Shown here: positions 62,460 to 64,000 of the stretch, in pieces | How positions within the stretch are numbered: the first letter of the stretch is position 1 | How the letters are laid out: each line of letters begins with the position of its first letter | From: Dictyostelium discoideum | Taxonomy: Eukaryota | Assembly (NCBI GenBank): GCA_000004695.1 | Contig: CM000152.2 | Location: 4,544,001 to 4,608,000 of the forward strand | DNA length: 64,000 bases | Reading direction: 5' to 3' | The notes under the pieces: model-generated | The model's database searches: none | The model's input: the letters and a program-made list of their open reading frames with translations, nothing else | What the model was told of the DNA's origin: nothing | Program-made: the position numbers and the translations under genes

Positions 62460-64000
62460 TTGAAGAAAAAAACCGTACCGCGATCAAGAGGATACAAGAT
62501 ACACGTGAAAACAGAAATCATTCAAAAACCGTACCGCTATCAAGAGGATACAAGATACACGTGAAAAGTAATTCATCCTTTTCTATCCTTAATCTCGGTC
62601 AATTTTAACCAATCTTTCGAAAAAAATCACCAATCCACCACGATCTACAGATCTAACTTACCAAATCGCCGATTCAAAGGAATCCCATCGAGATGAATTC
62701 CTACGCAGACGCGGCTAAAATGGCCAACCCCTCCACCCATATGGACGAGGCATCGGAGAACTTCATTAAGGAATTCTCCACAAAAACAGCAGAGATAAAG
62801 GAAACTTACCCCAAACTATCAATAGGCCTCAAAGACATCTCCAAATACTGCGAGACCATATTGAACATGACTGCGCTCTCAACCTACGAGAAGAACAACG
62901 GATTCTACCCAATTACACTCGAATTCCCCAAAATGGATCTCAAGGGGTTAGAAGAAATGAGAAAAACACTCTCAAACTACGATATCCCAATCGACAAGAT
63001 ATACATAGGCAAAGGAACTAGAAAAATGATCCACCTGATGATTAAAAAAGAACAATCTCTCCTAAATATCATTAGAGATAGAAGCAAATTGGGAACCTTC
63101 ATCACCTCCAGTAGAGACTTCCACGTTCTCACAGGAAGAGTAAGAATTCCCAGAGAAAAGGCAGGAATAGTGGACGCCCTCATCAAAACTGCCTTTGCAG
63201 AAGAAATACCCTATGCAATATACAATACTATATACTCCACCGACCACCTCATAGTATTCGGTCTAATAGAATGCAAAATAGGCGATCAAATGAAATCTGG
63301 CCAACACATTACAGAAATCGCAAACTTTACCATCAGAACGGCCACCAAAACCTACTCCTCACAAAAGAAAAACAAGAAAGTAGAGACAAACAACACGGAG
63401 GAACCATTAGAAGATAAGATGACAGATCCTCCTAACACTCAAAACAGGATAGCAATCAAATCCTCTCAACCAAAACCACAACAACAAACAAACAACCCAG
63501 CAAACAATCAGTCTGATAAACAATCAACACAAGAGAAAAAAGCCCAAGCAAAAAAGTCATCTCAACCTCTTCCCCCCAAAAACCCAGCAGAATCTCAATC
63601 TGTCAAACCCACCACAACCACTACCACAACATCCAACGCCATCCAAAAAGACAATGCCAACAAAACAAGCACTAACATCCATTCATCCTCGGAAAACAGA
63701 GAGAAGACACTAAACATCCCTCCATCACATAAACGCAAGAACGAGGAAATCCACTCAAACAATGAAGTCACCCAACTCTCACCAACAATAAACAGAAGCA
63801 ACCCTTACATCCCATCCACCCCTAAGACACCTGTCAAAAAAGAAAGGAAAGGAATCATTGAGAGCTTCATAGAGAGTATCTACCCTTCACCATCCAAACC
63901 GCAGCTATACGACTCCCAAGAGGAGATCGATATCATCTCATAATGGTAGTAATCAAAATCAACCAATGGAATGTCAGAGGTTGGGGCACTGACACCTCCT
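62460..64000 (+). mobile_element. 5' part of a TRE3-type non-LTR retrotransposon, about 100 bp downstream of tRNA-Leu: duplicated 5' module plus ORF1 (62693..63943)
   Basis: - Two about 44-bp direct repeats, aaaccgtaccgc(g/t)atcaagaggatacaagatacacgtgaaaa, at 62471..62515 and 62528..62571.
- A GC-richer ORF (MNSYADAAKMANPSTHMDEASENF...) with a Ser/Thr/Pro/Gln-rich tail.
- Its position about 98 bp 3' of a tRNA gene, in the same orientation, past the ex-B box matches the TRE3 target rule.
- The element runs off the window edge. Confidence 0.55.

Overview
This window is an AT-rich (about 75-80% A+T) Dictyostelium discoideum-type nuclear segment. Coding regions carry Asn/Gln/Ser homopolymer tracts and short GTAAGT...AG introns. 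Protein-coding genes recognised from motifs:
- a class I terpene synthase (4 exons);
- ribosomal protein eL29;
- a PDK1-family kinase (pdkA-like);
- a membrane metallophosphoesterase;
- a 9-kb highly reducing type I polyketide synthase (KS-AT-DH-cMT-ER-KR-ACP-R);
- a PR65/PP4R1-like HEAT-repeat phosphatase scaffold;
- two tandemly duplicated full-size ABCG (PDR-type) transporters;
- a large coiled-coil/WD40 protein with a spliced C-terminal Cys-rich exon;
- an NSDHL/3-beta-HSD-like sterol dehydrogenase;
- a TMCO1 homologue.
Between the PKS and the ABCG pair lies a roughly 13-kb tRNA-associated repeat and transposon block. It contains:
- tRNA-Gly(GCC) and tRNA-Arg(UCU), each with ex-B boxes;
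- a 7-copy, roughly 198-bp tandem satellite ending in A60;
- a full-length Skipper-like Ty3/gypsy LTR retrotransposon (about 7.0 kb, 398-bp LTRs, 5-bp target-site duplication GACAG, gag and pol separated only by an in-frame UGA);
- two copies of a 759-bp terminal-inverted-repeat element, one nested inside the Skipper 5' LTR;
- the 3' end of a poly(A) non-LTR element.
At the right edge, tRNA-Leu(UAA) is followed about 100 bp downstream by a TRE3-like non-LTR retrotransposon.
The most notable higher-order feature is a loose specialised-metabolism neighbourhood: terpene synthase, reductase-terminated PKS, two ABCG exporters and a sterol dehydrogenase within about 57 kb.
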